The notes below the pieces were generated by a model. The model was given only the letters and a program-made list of their open reading frames with translations. It made no database searches and was not told the origin of the DNA. DNA of 64,000 bases. Origin: Syntrophales bacterium. Its GTDB lineage: Bacteria; Desulfobacterota; Syntrophia; Syntrophales; UBA2210. A program made the position numbers and the translations under genes. This document shows, one piece after another, positions 1-9,871 of the stretch. The stretch lies in the NCBI GenBank assembly GCA_963666365.2, contig CAXXNF010000002.1, positions 1,760,001 to 1,824,000 on the forward strand. The letters are read 5' to 3'. Position 1 is the stretch's first letter; each line of letters starts with the position of its first letter.

Positions 1-717
1 CAGGGGTTCGGGGTTGGTTAATTTCGGACTAAACGCGAACATCGCTCCCACAGTAAGAAAAGAACAGATTGCGGTAAGAAATCCCACACCAAAGAGAAAC
101 TTCAGCGTCGATGAAACAACAGGAGGCTTTGTTATGCACGGTTGATCGATTCTGTCGAACCATTCTTTTCTCCAGGAGTACACCAGACTAAATACAACAA
201 AGAATACGATAAGCAGAGAGAGAAACCACATGTAGCGCTGGTAAAATTGGTTGTGCGTCATAAGTTCGTTCATTGAGACAATCAGGCCGGTATTCAGCGC
301 AGCGGCATTTTTTAGAAGAATCACCCATAATTCATAGTAGCTCATGGTTAGTGTCAAACCATTTCGTGTGAAATGATAAATCAGGGGCAAAATAGGGCAT
401 ATCGCGAAAATGCATATCAGCCAGGGAATGCCCAACCTCTTCAATTTTCCTTTCAGAAAAGACAGCACCCCCTTTTTCTCAATAGAAGGAATGGCAAAAT
501 ATCCCGCTATGTAGAAGAGCAGCGGCATGGCAAATGCGTCGGATAATGTCGAAATCCAGCCGGCTGTTATGCTGGGGTCCTTGTCAGCTACAGGCCACCA
601 TATTAAATTCGTATAGGCATGGCTCGAGTGCTCCAATACAACGAAAATAACAAGCAACCATCTCATATTATCAAGATAAATGATTCGGTTTTCAATACCG
701 CTGTCAGATATGTTCAT
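1..717 (-). CDS. Acyltransferase family 3 (OafA/MdoC-like) membrane protein, 3' end beyond window
   Basis: Hand translation MNISDSGIENRIIYLDNMRWLLVIFVVLEHSSHAY fits the RxxxLDxxR...H motif; hydrophobic segments follow; alternative in-frame ATG at 729. Confidence 0.8.
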   Translation of the reverse strand, partial: MNISDSGIENRIIYLDNMRWLLVIFVVLEHSSHAYTNLIWWPVADKDPSITAGWISTLSDAFAMPLLFYIAGYFAIPSIEKKGVLSFLKGKLKRLGIPWLICIFAICPILPLIYHFTRNGLTLTMSYYELWVILLKNAAALNTGLIVSMNELMTHNQFYQRYMWFLSLLIVFFVVFSLVYSWRKEWFDRIDQPCITKPPVVSSTLKFLFGVGFLTAICSFLTVGAMFAFSPKLTNPEPL

Positions 718-1056
718 AGATCTTTTCATCCTTGTGTGTCTGAAATATAAGTCCATCCGAGCACTCTTTTTAAGTAACGACTTGTTATTCACATATTATC
801 CAATTCGCTCCTCACAAGTGAACCAGGAAGTAGGCAAATAATATACGATAGTTACCGCCTCAGATTCTATTATGTGCCCCTGTTAGCCTTATTAATGCCT
901 CCTATTATCTTCTTTATTGCCATATTATGTCAAGACATATATAGGCTAATTATCTGGCCATATTGCATTGATTATGTGAGAATTGTTTTTCTTACTTCCG
1001 TTATGAAATCACGAGATACATTTAAATTCTCACAACTAAGGAATATTGAGGTTTTC

Positions 1057-1086
1057 TTGACAATTGCCACAAGTGGAGTGTAGAAT
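1057..1086 (+). promoter_or_regulatory. Putative sigma70 promoter
   Basis: TTGACA-18 nt-TAGAAT upstream of ATG 1112. Confidence 0.5.
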
Positions 1087-1111
1087 TTTCAAAAATTCGA
1101 GATCGAAAAAT

Positions 1112-1543
1112 ATGGAAAAGAAAAAAATCAGTCCGCGAGTTGAAGATCAGACGAGAGAGTATTTATCAAAACACTTTAGCACCACGAACGCAGGAGCGGA
1201 ATACATACTGGACGGATTTCCCATGCTCTATAACCGGGCGCTACATGAAATAAAAGGCCGGTTTACCGAAGCCGAACTGGCGTTCCTTGTTGAAACCTTC
1301 AAAGAAACCAAGCTTGGGGCACAATTGGCGGGACAACAGTTGAAAGTTTATTGTGAAGATGCCATGATGTTCAAGAAACTCGATGAGAAGTGGCAAATTC
1401 AAAGAGAGGGATTCTTGCAGAAGATCCGCGAGATGCTTTCTTTTCATGCAGCGTGTCTGGAAATCTGGGCACGTGTGTACTGGTTTAGAAAATGGTATAA
1501 GGGAGAAAAGGCCTTGAGAGAATATGTGGCCTCTCTTCTTTAA
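1112..1543 (+). CDS. Hypothetical protein, possible N-terminal ribbon-helix-helix
   Basis: 143-aa ORF from ATG 1112 downstream of a promoter-like sequence. Confidence 0.7.
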   Translation: MEKKKISPRVEDQTREYLSKHFSTTNAGAEYILDGFPMLYNRALHEIKGRFTEAELAFLVETFKETKLGAQLAGQQLKVYCEDAMMFKKLDEKWQIQREGFLQKIREMLSFHAACLEIWARVYWFRKWYKGEKALREYVASLL

Positions 1544-1596
1544 AATTTCTGACACTTACGCCCCCGAACCTGACACTTCCGTCCCTTCACTCCGAG

Positions 1597-2514
1597 TTAG
1601 TTTGTTCGGCTTCTTTCCTCACCGGATTTCTTTAAGAGCATGTCGATCGCTTTTTCCAACGCACGGTTGAATTCTTCCGGACGATCCATCATAAGGAAAT
1701 GGTCTGCGCTCTTCAGGACAATAGCATCATAAGAAAACATGTGCCTCCGGTTTGCATCATAGTTGATGGGCCACAAATCTCCATTCACGGTTATAACGGG
1801 AATGCGGATTTGTGCAAATACCTTTGCCGCTTCGCCCGTAATGTATTGCGCCATCATCTCGGTCATTGCACTGAGGGCAATAGCGGAAGGCGCACTGGAA
1901 ATGTCCGCAAGTATCCATTCACGAAGCTGTGGATCCGTATTCGGTGATATCATCTCCGCGACAAACTGTCTGCTTCCGGTTCTAAAATCCTTTTCCAAGG
2001 GAGCTATCATCCTCTTGAACTCTTCGCGAGTCAGCGGATACTCTATGTTTTCAAGCGTGTCTACACCGATCAAGCCGATGAGGCGATCATGAGCAAGTCG
2101 AGCCGCTTCCGCAATCACCGAGCCGCCCATGGAATGACCTATCAGAATAACGCGACAGCCACCCGTTGCGTCTATCACTGCCCGTACATCTTCTCCAAAG
2201 GAAGCCATGGTATAGGTTGTCCGTGACATTCCTGAGTGACCATGGCCGGCAAGGTCAAGCACCACAACACGATAGTTCCTTGAAAAATGAGGAGTTTGTG
2301 CGCGCCAGTAACGGGAATCGCAACTCCACCCGTGCACGAATACCAGCGTCGAGTCTCCCGCACCGGACACTTCATACGCAATTGGGGTGCCGTCTTTGGA
2401 CAGGGTCACATGGGGCCACCCCGCTCCCGCTTGTTCCCCTCCAAAGGCCACAATCAGTAGCACTGCACATCCGACAATAAGACGTACACAATCTCCTATA
2501 CCTGATTTACTCAT
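1597..2514 (-). CDS. Secreted alpha/beta hydrolase
   Basis: HGW oxyanion motif, GHSMG nucleophile, C-terminal His; signal-like N-terminus. Confidence 0.9.
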   Translation of the reverse strand: MSKSGIGDCVRLIVGCAVLLIVAFGGEQAGAGWPHVTLSKDGTPIAYEVSGAGDSTLVFVHGWSCDSRYWRAQTPHFSRNYRVVVLDLAGHGHSGMSRTTYTMASFGEDVRAVIDATGGCRVILIGHSMGGSVIAEAARLAHDRLIGLIGVDTLENIEYPLTREEFKRMIAPLEKDFRTGSRQFVAEMISPNTDPQLREWILADISSAPSAIALSAMTEMMAQYITGEAAKVFAQIRIPVITVNGDLWPINYDANRRHMFSYDAIVLKSADHFLMMDRPEEFNRALEKAIDMLLKKSGEERSRTN

Positions 2515-2532
2515 TTTTCCGTTCCCACATTT

Positions 2533-3735
2533 TCAACTGCGTTGTTTGATTCGCCCCCGTTTTTCAATGGCCTTCATCACCTTTCCCATCAGTCGAAAGG
2601 GTTTTATCTTCGATTCCGTCTGGTCGATGGTGCCCGCCAGGTACAGATCCGCATCTTCCGAGTAATACAGAAATGAGCCGGTAGAACCGGAGTGGCCCCA
2701 TAAAGGCGGTACGTTCATCATCGTCCGCATAATCCCGGGAAATTTGAAGTACATGGTTCCATAACCGTATTGAATCGGAAAGTGCAGTTTGTGCCATTGA
2801 TGCATCAGCGTCACTGTATCGGGTTTGAGGACCCTCCCTTCATTGAGCGCCTTAAGAAACAAGATACATTCCTCGGCAGTAGACACAATGCCTCCATCAG
2901 CCCAGTACGATCCGTTCCCACGTATGCGGGTGATATTCCTCTCTTCACAGAATACATCTGCCGGAGCCGACGATGTAGAAGAGGCGGGAACAGAATGGCC
3001 GACCAGCCAGGTATGTGTCAGCTCCAGAGGCTGAAAAAAGAATTTCTCATACACGACATGAAGAGGCTTTCCGGTGACGGCTTCGATGATTTTGCCCAAT
3101 AACTGAAAATTTGTATCCGAATAGGATGCATCCGTCCCGGGAGAAAAATTCGGTTCCAGATCGTTTCGTGCTCTTGCGATTGTCTCTTCGACCGTCCATA
3201 ATCGTGCCGGATTCTCAAGGAACACATCGAAAAGCCTTTTTCCATCTTTAGATTTACCGGCATAGTAATCCGCAATTCCGGACGTATGGGACAGCAGCTC
3301 TTTTATTGTAATTTTAAGGGAATAATCCTCCCCCTCATACACATGAATGCCCTGAATGAGTTTATCAGGAAGATATTTGGCCATAGGATCATCCAAAGAA
3401 AGCACACCCTGTTCATGTAATTTCATGATTGCCGCTGCAGTATAGAGTTTCGTGATACTTGCAATGTAAATAGAGGTGTCTGCAGTCATCGGTGTCCGGT
3501 CATCCTGGCAGGCTATTCCGGCGGCACCCGTCCATGAGAAAGATCCATCGCCTTTCATTACGGACAACACACAATTTTTTACCGATGTATCTTGTTCGAC
3601 GAAATGTGAAACCAGATAGTGCAGTTCCTGGTTCAAATTGTCAAATTGCGGGCTTGATGTTTTCAAATGTCCTATATACAAACCCGTTACAACAACAGTG
3701 AAAAACAGTATGATTGGAATAACTATACGTTTCAC
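2533..3735 (-). CDS. Serine hydrolase, beta-lactamase class C/D-Ala-D-Ala carboxypeptidase family
   Basis: SITK (SxxK), LLSHTSG, YSD, HSG motifs. Confidence 0.9.
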   Translation of the reverse strand: MKRIVIPIILFFTVVVTGLYIGHLKTSSPQFDNLNQELHYLVSHFVEQDTSVKNCVLSVMKGDGSFSWTGAAGIACQDDRTPMTADTSIYIASITKLYTAAAIMKLHEQGVLSLDDPMAKYLPDKLIQGIHVYEGEDYSLKITIKELLSHTSGIADYYAGKSKDGKRLFDVFLENPARLWTVEETIARARNDLEPNFSPGTDASYSDTNFQLLGKIIEAVTGKPLHVVYEKFFFQPLELTHTWLVGHSVPASSTSSAPADVFCEERNITRIRGNGSYWADGGIVSTAEECILFLKALNEGRVLKPDTVTLMHQWHKLHFPIQYGYGTMYFKFPGIMRTMMNVPPLWGHSGSTGSFLYYSEDADLYLAGTIDQTESKIKPFRLMGKVMKAIEKRGRIKQRS

Positions 3736-3793
3736 AGCCGATCCCTTCTTGTGTTGCTTTTTGTGACTTTTCCCAAGATCCCTATTTTGAGAC

Positions 3794-4459
3794 TCACTGT
3801 CTGGGACTGCATCGTTTTTCCGAAGTTTTTGAGAGCTTGAAGTCGGTCAGGTCAAGTATAACCTTTGTTTCGATGGCGCCTTTTAATCCGTGCGATTTCC
3901 ACTCCTTGATTTCCGGACAGTTGTCATCATTGGCATCTCCCGTTTCCAGCCAGAATACAAGGGATTCATCCTTAAATTCTTCCGGATCCGACCAGGTACC
4001 TTCATAGACCTTTTTTCTTTTTTTCAAATTCCAGATAGTGAAACCGCTAGGACCCGGACCAGTGGTGCTGTCCAGAAAAAGCAGATTACCCTTCAATCCC
4101 GCAAAGTACTCGGCCCATTCATTGGGAATCTCAAAATCGTTATTCTCCGAAACATAGGTGCATGGTATCTTCTCATCGGGATTCGATTTGTACTTAATAA
4201 GGAAATCCGTGCCCGCCTTCCCCCGCACTTCCTTCGCGATGACCAGAAATTCAGGCGACTCGTAACATTTGATTGATTGATTGATAACGTCTCGCTCCTT
4301 GGACATTTCATCTCTTTGAAGACACTCTTCGCCTGCGGAAACTGCACAAATTGCGCAGGTAATGAAGATAAATATAACGGCAAAACAAAAATTATAAATT
4401 TTCAATCCACTGACCTTTTCTGTACAATCGACATCCGGGCTTATTTGCCACTTCTTCAC
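3794..4459 (-). CDS. Hypothetical exported protein
   Basis: 221-aa ORF with hydrophobic N-terminal segment; start uncertain. Confidence 0.6.
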   Translation of the reverse strand: MKKWQISPDVDCTEKVSGLKIYNFCFAVIFIFITCAICAVSAGEECLQRDEMSKERDVINQSIKCYESPEFLVIAKEVRGKAGTDFLIKYKSNPDEKIPCTYVSENNDFEIPNEWAEYFAGLKGNLLFLDSTTGPGPSGFTIWNLKKRKKVYEGTWSDPEEFKDESLVFWLETGDANDDNCPEIKEWKSHGLKGAIETKVILDLTDFKLSKTSEKRCSPRQ

Positions 4460-4510
4460 AACAGATGCCCGTGATTCGCTTCAAGCTGATTGGTTACATA
4501 TGCTTTTCTC

Positions 4511-4730
4511 TTACCTTCCCGATGTCGTCGAAGTATTTGAGGTTGACTCTTTCAGATAACCCGGCGCCATAGGACTCTGGGATAGAGAATCATCCTGTGC
4601 TCCCGAGGAGTGGTATTTAATGGCGAACTGCACAGTTCCCGCAGCTTCTTCGCCAGCTATATCTTCAACAAAGACAAGTATCATATCGATGCCGACCAAT
4701 ATACCTGCCGAGGACAGCGAACGAAAAATT
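4511..4730 (-). pseudogene. 5'-truncated DJ-1/PfpI family fragment
   Basis: Frame reads SSAGILVGIDMILVFVEDIAGEEAAGTVQFAIKY, like the TSAGxxAGIDMAL...GEExAxxVQxxxEY C-terminus; no N-terminal half. Confidence 0.55.
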
Positions 4731-4732
4731 TC

Positions 4733-5140
4733 TTATGGCACGAGGCATCGGGCGTTCGATCCCTCACGCAACGGGCGGAACAGGGACGTGCGTTTCCCGC
4801 CTTCTTCAGGCCGCAGAAGTTCCACCGGCATATCCACTTTCACTTCTTCAATGGGGCATTGCACAATGTTGCCGGGTATCCGTACGCCTTCATCGAGTTC
4901 AACAATGGCAAAGATATAGGGCACTTTATCTTCAAAAGCCTCAAGGGCGCTCACCCGCACCACGGTGTAACTGTATACCTTCCCCCGGCCGGTGGCATGC
5001 CTTATTTCCGGCGTGGTCTTCAGGCAATAGGGGCACAGCTCCCGGGGATAAAAAATATAGCGGGCGCAGACAGGACAGAATTGAATCGCAAGGGTACCGG
5101 CGTGTGTTTCACCGGGCTTTTTCCCGGGGGTAACGGTCAT
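4733..5140 (-). CDS. DUF35 Zn-ribbon/OB-fold protein
   Basis: CPVC..CPYC, GKVYSYTVV, AIVELDEG; overlaps thiolase stop. Confidence 0.9.
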   Translation of the reverse strand: MTVTPGKKPGETHAGTLAIQFCPVCARYIFYPRELCPYCLKTTPEIRHATGRGKVYSYTVVRVSALEAFEDKVPYIFAIVELDEGVRIPGNIVQCPIEEVKVDMPVELLRPEEGGKRTSLFRPLREGSNARCLVP

Positions 5141-6315
5141 ATCCGCTCCTTTCCCAATATTAGGCTGGATTGCGTGCTCATAATCCCGCCGTTGCCGTTG
5201 ACAAAGGCCGTCCGGTTCCGTGTAACCTGTCGCTTTCCCGCGGCGCCCCGCAGCTGGCGGACCGCCTCGGTTACATGGGACGTTCCGCCGGCATAGGACG
5301 GTTGCCCGAAGGAGAGCTGTCCGCCGTGGGTATTGAGCGGCCTGTCCCCCCTATAGGTAAAATCATGGTTCTCCACAAAAGCGCCCCCCTCCCCTTTGGC
5401 GCAAAACCCGGCATCCTCAAGGGTAATAATTACCGTGATGGGATAACAATCGTAGAGAGAAAGAAACTCGATATCGGCAGGACCCATTGATGCCATTTTA
5501 AAGGCCCGAGCCGCCGAATCCTTTATCGGGCTGATCGTGATGTCATCGGAATATACAATTGAATTATGGGTGCACGCCTCACCGATACCCAGGATAAATA
5601 CGGGCGCCTGCGGCATATCGGCCGCTTCTTCGGTACGGCTGACAATAACTGCTGCAGCCCCGGCGCAGGGTCTTACGATTTCCCAGAGGTGCAGTGGATC
5701 GACGACAAGCGGTGATGAAAGGACGTCGGCAATACTGATCGGTTTCTTATTAAAAAGCGCATCCGGATTCAGCAGGGCGTTTTCACGCTGCTCAACGGCG
5801 ATTTTTGCCATCTGTTCAGCTGTAGTGCCGTATTGATGCATGTGACGGCGGGCAATCAGTGCATAGCCGGAATTGAATCCCATGGGCCCGTGGGGAAGTT
5901 CGTAATCGATTTCGGCCTTTGACATTGCGGCTACTTTTGTTTCGTCGGAATGAAATATCCGATCATCCCAGATGCCCCCGCTCAGGCACAGACAGTGCCG
6001 GCACATGCCGGCAGCCACGGCAAGCACGGCCCTTGTAACGCTGCCACACCCGCTCGCACCGCCCAGTTCCACCATGTCGAGAAAACCGGGGCTCAGTTTG
6101 AGGTACTCGGCCACCTGCGCCGGCCACATGAACGTGGTATCTTCAAAGGGCGGCGTCACAATGAGGCCGTCAATTGCAGTTTTGGAAAGCCCTGCATCAC
6201 CTATGGCCCGGCCCGCCACCTCTGCAAAAAGTCCCAATGTGGTTTTTCCTTCCGACTTAATGGATGGGGCCAGCTCCGCAATACCTGTAATTGCCGCGCT
6301 CCCTTTCAGTTTCAT
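5137..6315 (-). CDS. SCP-x/Ltp2-type thiolase-family protein
   Basis: AAITGI, YDCY, NTHGGQLS motifs; paired with DUF35. Confidence 0.9.
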   Translation of the reverse strand: MKLKGSAAITGIAELAPSIKSEGKTTLGLFAEVAGRAIGDAGLSKTAIDGLIVTPPFEDTTFMWPAQVAEYLKLSPGFLDMVELGGASGCGSVTRAVLAVAAGMCRHCLCLSGGIWDDRIFHSDETKVAAMSKAEIDYELPHGPMGFNSGYALIARRHMHQYGTTAEQMAKIAVEQRENALLNPDALFNKKPISIADVLSSPLVVDPLHLWEIVRPCAGAAAVIVSRTEEAADMPQAPVFILGIGEACTHNSIVYSDDITISPIKDSAARAFKMASMGPADIEFLSLYDCYPITVIITLEDAGFCAKGEGGAFVENHDFTYRGDRPLNTHGGQLSFGQPSYAGGTSHVTEAVRQLRGAAGKRQVTRNRTAFVNGNGGIMSTQSSLILGKERI

Positions 6316-6442
6316 ACTCCCACTCCGGTTGCATTGAGAATTCGAGCAGATCTCCCTCACTGTCCGCTCGTTCGGAAACGACTTCTCTCGTATGGACAGA
6401 CACGTTGAAAGGTTGATAACATTTCCTTATTGGCGCGTAAGC

Positions 6443-6970
6443 TCACGGAATGTAGACGCCGGCGCCGATGAAGTATTCGGTACCGGGAATCGGCTCTATA
6501 TAGGTAATTTTCTTAAATTCACCTTTCTTCCCCGGTTTTTGCCAATAATGCTCGAAAAAACCACCGCCCTTCTTTGCCGTCTCTATGGCCATGCGTACAT
6601 CGTATGTGCCCTTCGCGTCCCTGTGGTCGATTAAGTTCTTCCCCTCCAGGCTTTTCATGCCGCCATGGCCCACGACCAGCCCTTCAAGCGTATAGACATA
6701 GATATATCCGCTCCCGTCCTGAAAGAATCGGACCGGTTTTACAAATCTTTGAATCAGCTCCGTCCTCTCTTTTTCATCGGGGATACTTTCAAGCACTTCT
6801 CCCAAAGACGCCCCTGAAGCGTGAACCACTGCCTGCAACACTTCTCTGGCGCATGCGCCGGCATTCTCACCCGCAAGGACAGCGCCCGGCGAAACACATT
6901 GCAGCAGCATCGTCAAAAAAATAAATTGCAGAACCAATGATCTGACGCCACATCTGCATCGTTGAGACAT
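6443..6970 (-). CDS. Periplasmic single Cache domain protein
   Basis: GYIYVY, GKNLIDHRDAKG, GGGFFEHYWQKP..KITY; signal peptide. Confidence 0.85.
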   Translation of the reverse strand: MSQRCRCGVRSLVLQFIFLTMLLQCVSPGAVLAGENAGACAREVLQAVVHASGASLGEVLESIPDEKERTELIQRFVKPVRFFQDGSGYIYVYTLEGLVVGHGGMKSLEGKNLIDHRDAKGTYDVRMAIETAKKGGGFFEHYWQKPGKKGEFKKITYIEPIPGTEYFIGAGVYIP

Positions 6971-6989
6971 TGCACCTCCCTTACATTTG

Positions 6990-7802
6990 CTACTCCGTTT
7001 TGACCAGGGTAAGTCCGGCCCGTTCCAGGGCTCGCGTTTCGAAGGACACCTGAAAGCCGGGCTCGTAATTCATGTAGCCGGGAACCGGATAGCGGAGTCC
7101 CGCGGCATGGGTTGCTTCGATTCCCTCGACAAGCAGATCCAGCCTTTCCCGGGGACAGGTGAAAAGCACCTCCGAATCCTGAGCGCCGCCCCAGATGCGG
7201 TCGCCGTTTCCCAAAATTACCATCTGCGGCTTTTTCGTCATGAAGGTCTTGATGACCCCCTCATGGCAGGAGCCCATCCTTCCCGCCGCCGTCGATTCGA
7301 CGGCGCCGCCTTCGCAGTAAAGATACCCCTGTATGAGCCGCATCATCTGCGCGGGCATGCAATAGATCAGTATCACGTCGGGCTCAATCTTTGTCCTGGC
7401 GAGGGGAGATACGATAAGTCCTTCATAGGCATTATCGAGCCGGTAGGTATAGGCCTCCCCCTTTTTTGCCGTCTCGATGTCCCTGCTGTAGAGGCCGACA
7501 TTGAAACGGAGCAGGTTTTCCGCTTCCTTCTCATCAAGGGTGTCCCATCCGTAGACCATACGGGCCGCCCGGCAGTTGGTATCCTCCTCCGTCACCGCCA
7601 TGGTCCAGCCGTAAGTACGGCACATCTTGAAATTCTGACAGATGAAATTCTGAAAGCCCAGGTCCCGCGAGGGCCGTTTACACTCCTCCGGGATCTCATC
7701 CGCCGTTTTCACCAGCTTGACGGCCAGGGGGAAGGTCGAAAGACGAAGATATTGTTCGAGTTTTTTGCCTGTTTCATGGTAGGACGTCAACTGTTCCGGC
7801 AT
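6990..7802 (-). CDS. DUF169 family protein
   Basis: LRLSTFPLAVK, CQ, PDVILIYCMPAQMMRL. Confidence 0.8.
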   Translation of the reverse strand: MPEQLTSYHETGKKLEQYLRLSTFPLAVKLVKTADEIPEECKRPSRDLGFQNFICQNFKMCRTYGWTMAVTEEDTNCRAARMVYGWDTLDEKEAENLLRFNVGLYSRDIETAKKGEAYTYRLDNAYEGLIVSPLARTKIEPDVILIYCMPAQMMRLIQGYLYCEGGAVESTAAGRMGSCHEGVIKTFMTKKPQMVILGNGDRIWGGAQDSEVLFTCPRERLDLLVEGIEATHAAGLRYPVPGYMNYEPGFQVSFETRALERAGLTLVKTE

Positions 7803-7827
7803 AGGGCAGCCTCCTTTTCTAAGTAAT

Positions 7828-8460
7828 TCAAAAACCTTTCACCATCCGGTAATGCCGCGCAATGTGGTGATGCTTTTCGAGACAGGGTACCCACATCTCA
7901 CAGAAAATCTCCATACCCATGCGCAGGTAGAAATCGACGGCGGGATTGTCGGCGTACACATCGAGATGGCAGGAGCGGTACCCCTGCGCTGCCGCACGTT
8001 CAAAGGCGGATGTAATGAGTAATTCGCCGATACCTTCCCGTTGCCTTTTCTTCGAGACTGCCAGCGTCTGCAGATAGTAGGCATCACGGGGAATCGGCGG
8101 ATTCAGAAAGGACATGTAGCCGATGGCCTTTTTGAACTCATCGTATTCGGAGGGTGTAAGCAGTTCCTCCGCATGCCGGAAAAAGGTCCTGCCTTCACGG
8201 TGCTGCCTTTCGCGATCGTAGCCCGCCTCGATGCCGACCAGGTCCTCTCCGTCAAAGGCGCCTTGCCCGAAGATGTGACTGAAGGGCCCCTCCGTTCCCC
8301 GCCATTGAAGGGCAAAATAATTGAGGGCCCTTTCTTTATTGCCGCCAAACCAGTATCCGAATACATGTGAATCGGTCTCGAAAATAAGTTCCGCTGCCAG
8401 ACTCGCATGTTTTGATTTTGCCTTTTTTATTTCAATATTTTTCCTCTTCATCGCTGCCAT
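7828..8460 (-). CDS. GNAT family acetyltransferase
   Basis: LAV..QREGIG motif A; NPAVDFYLRMG. Confidence 0.85.
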   Translation of the reverse strand: MAAMKRKNIEIKKAKSKHASLAAELIFETDSHVFGYWFGGNKERALNYFALQWRGTEGPFSHIFGQGAFDGEDLVGIEAGYDRERQHREGRTFFRHAEELLTPSEYDEFKKAIGYMSFLNPPIPRDAYYLQTLAVSKKRQREGIGELLITSAFERAAAQGYRSCHLDVYADNPAVDFYLRMGMEIFCEMWVPCLEKHHHIARHYRMVKGF

Positions 8461-8499
8461 GTGTTCATTCCTTGGAACTTTCTTTAAGAAACTGATTCA

Positions 8500-8586
8500 T
8501 TTTCTCCCGCAGAAACGCCAAGAGGCAGAGAAAAGAAATTTTTATTTTCCCTTGTCCTCAGCGCCCCCGCGCCTCTGCGCGAAAAT
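8500..8586. repeat. REP-like imperfect palindromic element
   Basis: CGCAGAAACGCCAAGAGGCAGAG ... CTCAGCGCCCCCGCGCCTCTGCG arms around an AT-rich spacer. Confidence 0.45.
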
Positions 8587-8692
8587 TCTGTTCTTTTTTA
8601 TTCCCGGTGCACTGTTCATGCAACTGTCAGTTACGTTCCATTATATTGCCGATGTGTCGGGACAGGGAACCTCTTAAGGTTCCAATTATTTC

Positions 8693-9550
8693 TTACTTAT
8701 CGGAAAAGGGTTTTTCCTTCCACCAGGGATAGAAATCGGGCATATCGACGCTCGGCTTCATCGCGAAACGGGGGGGACGTTTTTCCATGAAAGAGTTGAC
8801 CCCTTCCTTCACATCCTCGCCCCCGAGCATGTAGCCAAAACCTTTGGATTCCAGAATGTGCGTGTTCATGGGCTCTACCTCTCCCAACATCTTCCAGAGC
8901 AGCTGCCGTGCCAGGGCAGTAGAGACGGCCGAGGTAGTGTCGGCAATTTCGTGAGCGATTTTAAGCGCCGAGGGCATCAGTTCTTCAGGAGACACCACCT
9001 GACTGAAAAGACCCATCTTCAGTCCTTCTTCGGCATCAAAAAAACGTCCCGTCAGAATAAGCTCGGCTGCCTTGCTTATTCCGATGATGCGGGGAAGAAA
9101 GTACGTACAGCATCCTTCCGGCACCACCCCCCGGCGGTTAAAAACAAAACCGATCTTCTTTGCTGCCTCGGAAGCGATGCGAATATCCATGGTCATGGTC
9201 ATGGTGATGCCGACACCGACAGCGTTCCCGTTGATCGCGCCGATAACCGGCTTTTTCATGTTGTACATGCGCAGCGTTACTTGCCCCGCTGAATCCCTAA
9301 AGGCCGGTTGCCCCTGAAGATCGTCGGGGCCCCTGAACCCCCCGGCGCTGAGATCCGCTCCAGCGCAATAGGCGCGGCCGGCCCCCGTGAAAATCAGCAC
9401 TCTCACGTCGTCGTCCTCATCGGCCCTGTCAAGCGCATCAAGCACTTCGTTCATCATAACGGGCGTCCAGGCATTGAGCGCCTCGGGCCTGTTCAACGTA
9501 ATTATGGCGACACGATCCTCCGCCTCGTAGACAATCTGTTCATACCCCAT
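8693..9550 (-). CDS. Enoyl-CoA hydratase/isomerase (crotonase)
   Basis: ITLNRPEALNA, YCAGADL, KPVIGAINGNAVGVG; GGGGAGG RBS. Confidence 0.93.
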   Translation of the reverse strand: MGYEQIVYEAEDRVAIITLNRPEALNAWTPVMMNEVLDALDRADEDDDVRVLIFTGAGRAYCAGADLSAGGFRGPDDLQGQPAFRDSAGQVTLRMYNMKKPVIGAINGNAVGVGITMTMTMDIRIASEAAKKIGFVFNRRGVVPEGCCTYFLPRIIGISKAAELILTGRFFDAEEGLKMGLFSQVVSPEELMPSALKIAHEIADTTSAVSTALARQLLWKMLGEVEPMNTHILESKGFGYMLGGEDVKEGVNSFMEKRPPRFAMKPSVDMPDFYPWWKEKPFSDK

Positions 9551-9871
9551 CGCAGCAAACCTCCCCAAGTCTATACTTGTGGACTCCTAGCAGGTTTTAT
9601 ACAAAATCGCAACATCTCAGGTCGTTCTTTTTCTGCGCCCCTCTTTCAGCCGACGCATCGGACCCGTCGAAGCATGCCATGGCTTGTCCGGTAATGGGCG
9701 TAGAAAGGATATGTCTTCAAAGTACCGTGAAACTTCTTTGCCTTCTCTCCCCACTGATCGTTCTGCTGATTCGGGGAGATTCATATTAATCGCTTCATTG
9801 AACGAAAAAAGTATGATATCTGCTGATTTTAATTTTTGGCTGATTATTAAAAACCTGCACAAGGAGTACCA

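Noticed and set aside
2533..3735. Calling the serine hydrolase a resistance beta-lactamase
   Set aside because: Motifs are shared by esterases and peptidases; activity cannot be inferred
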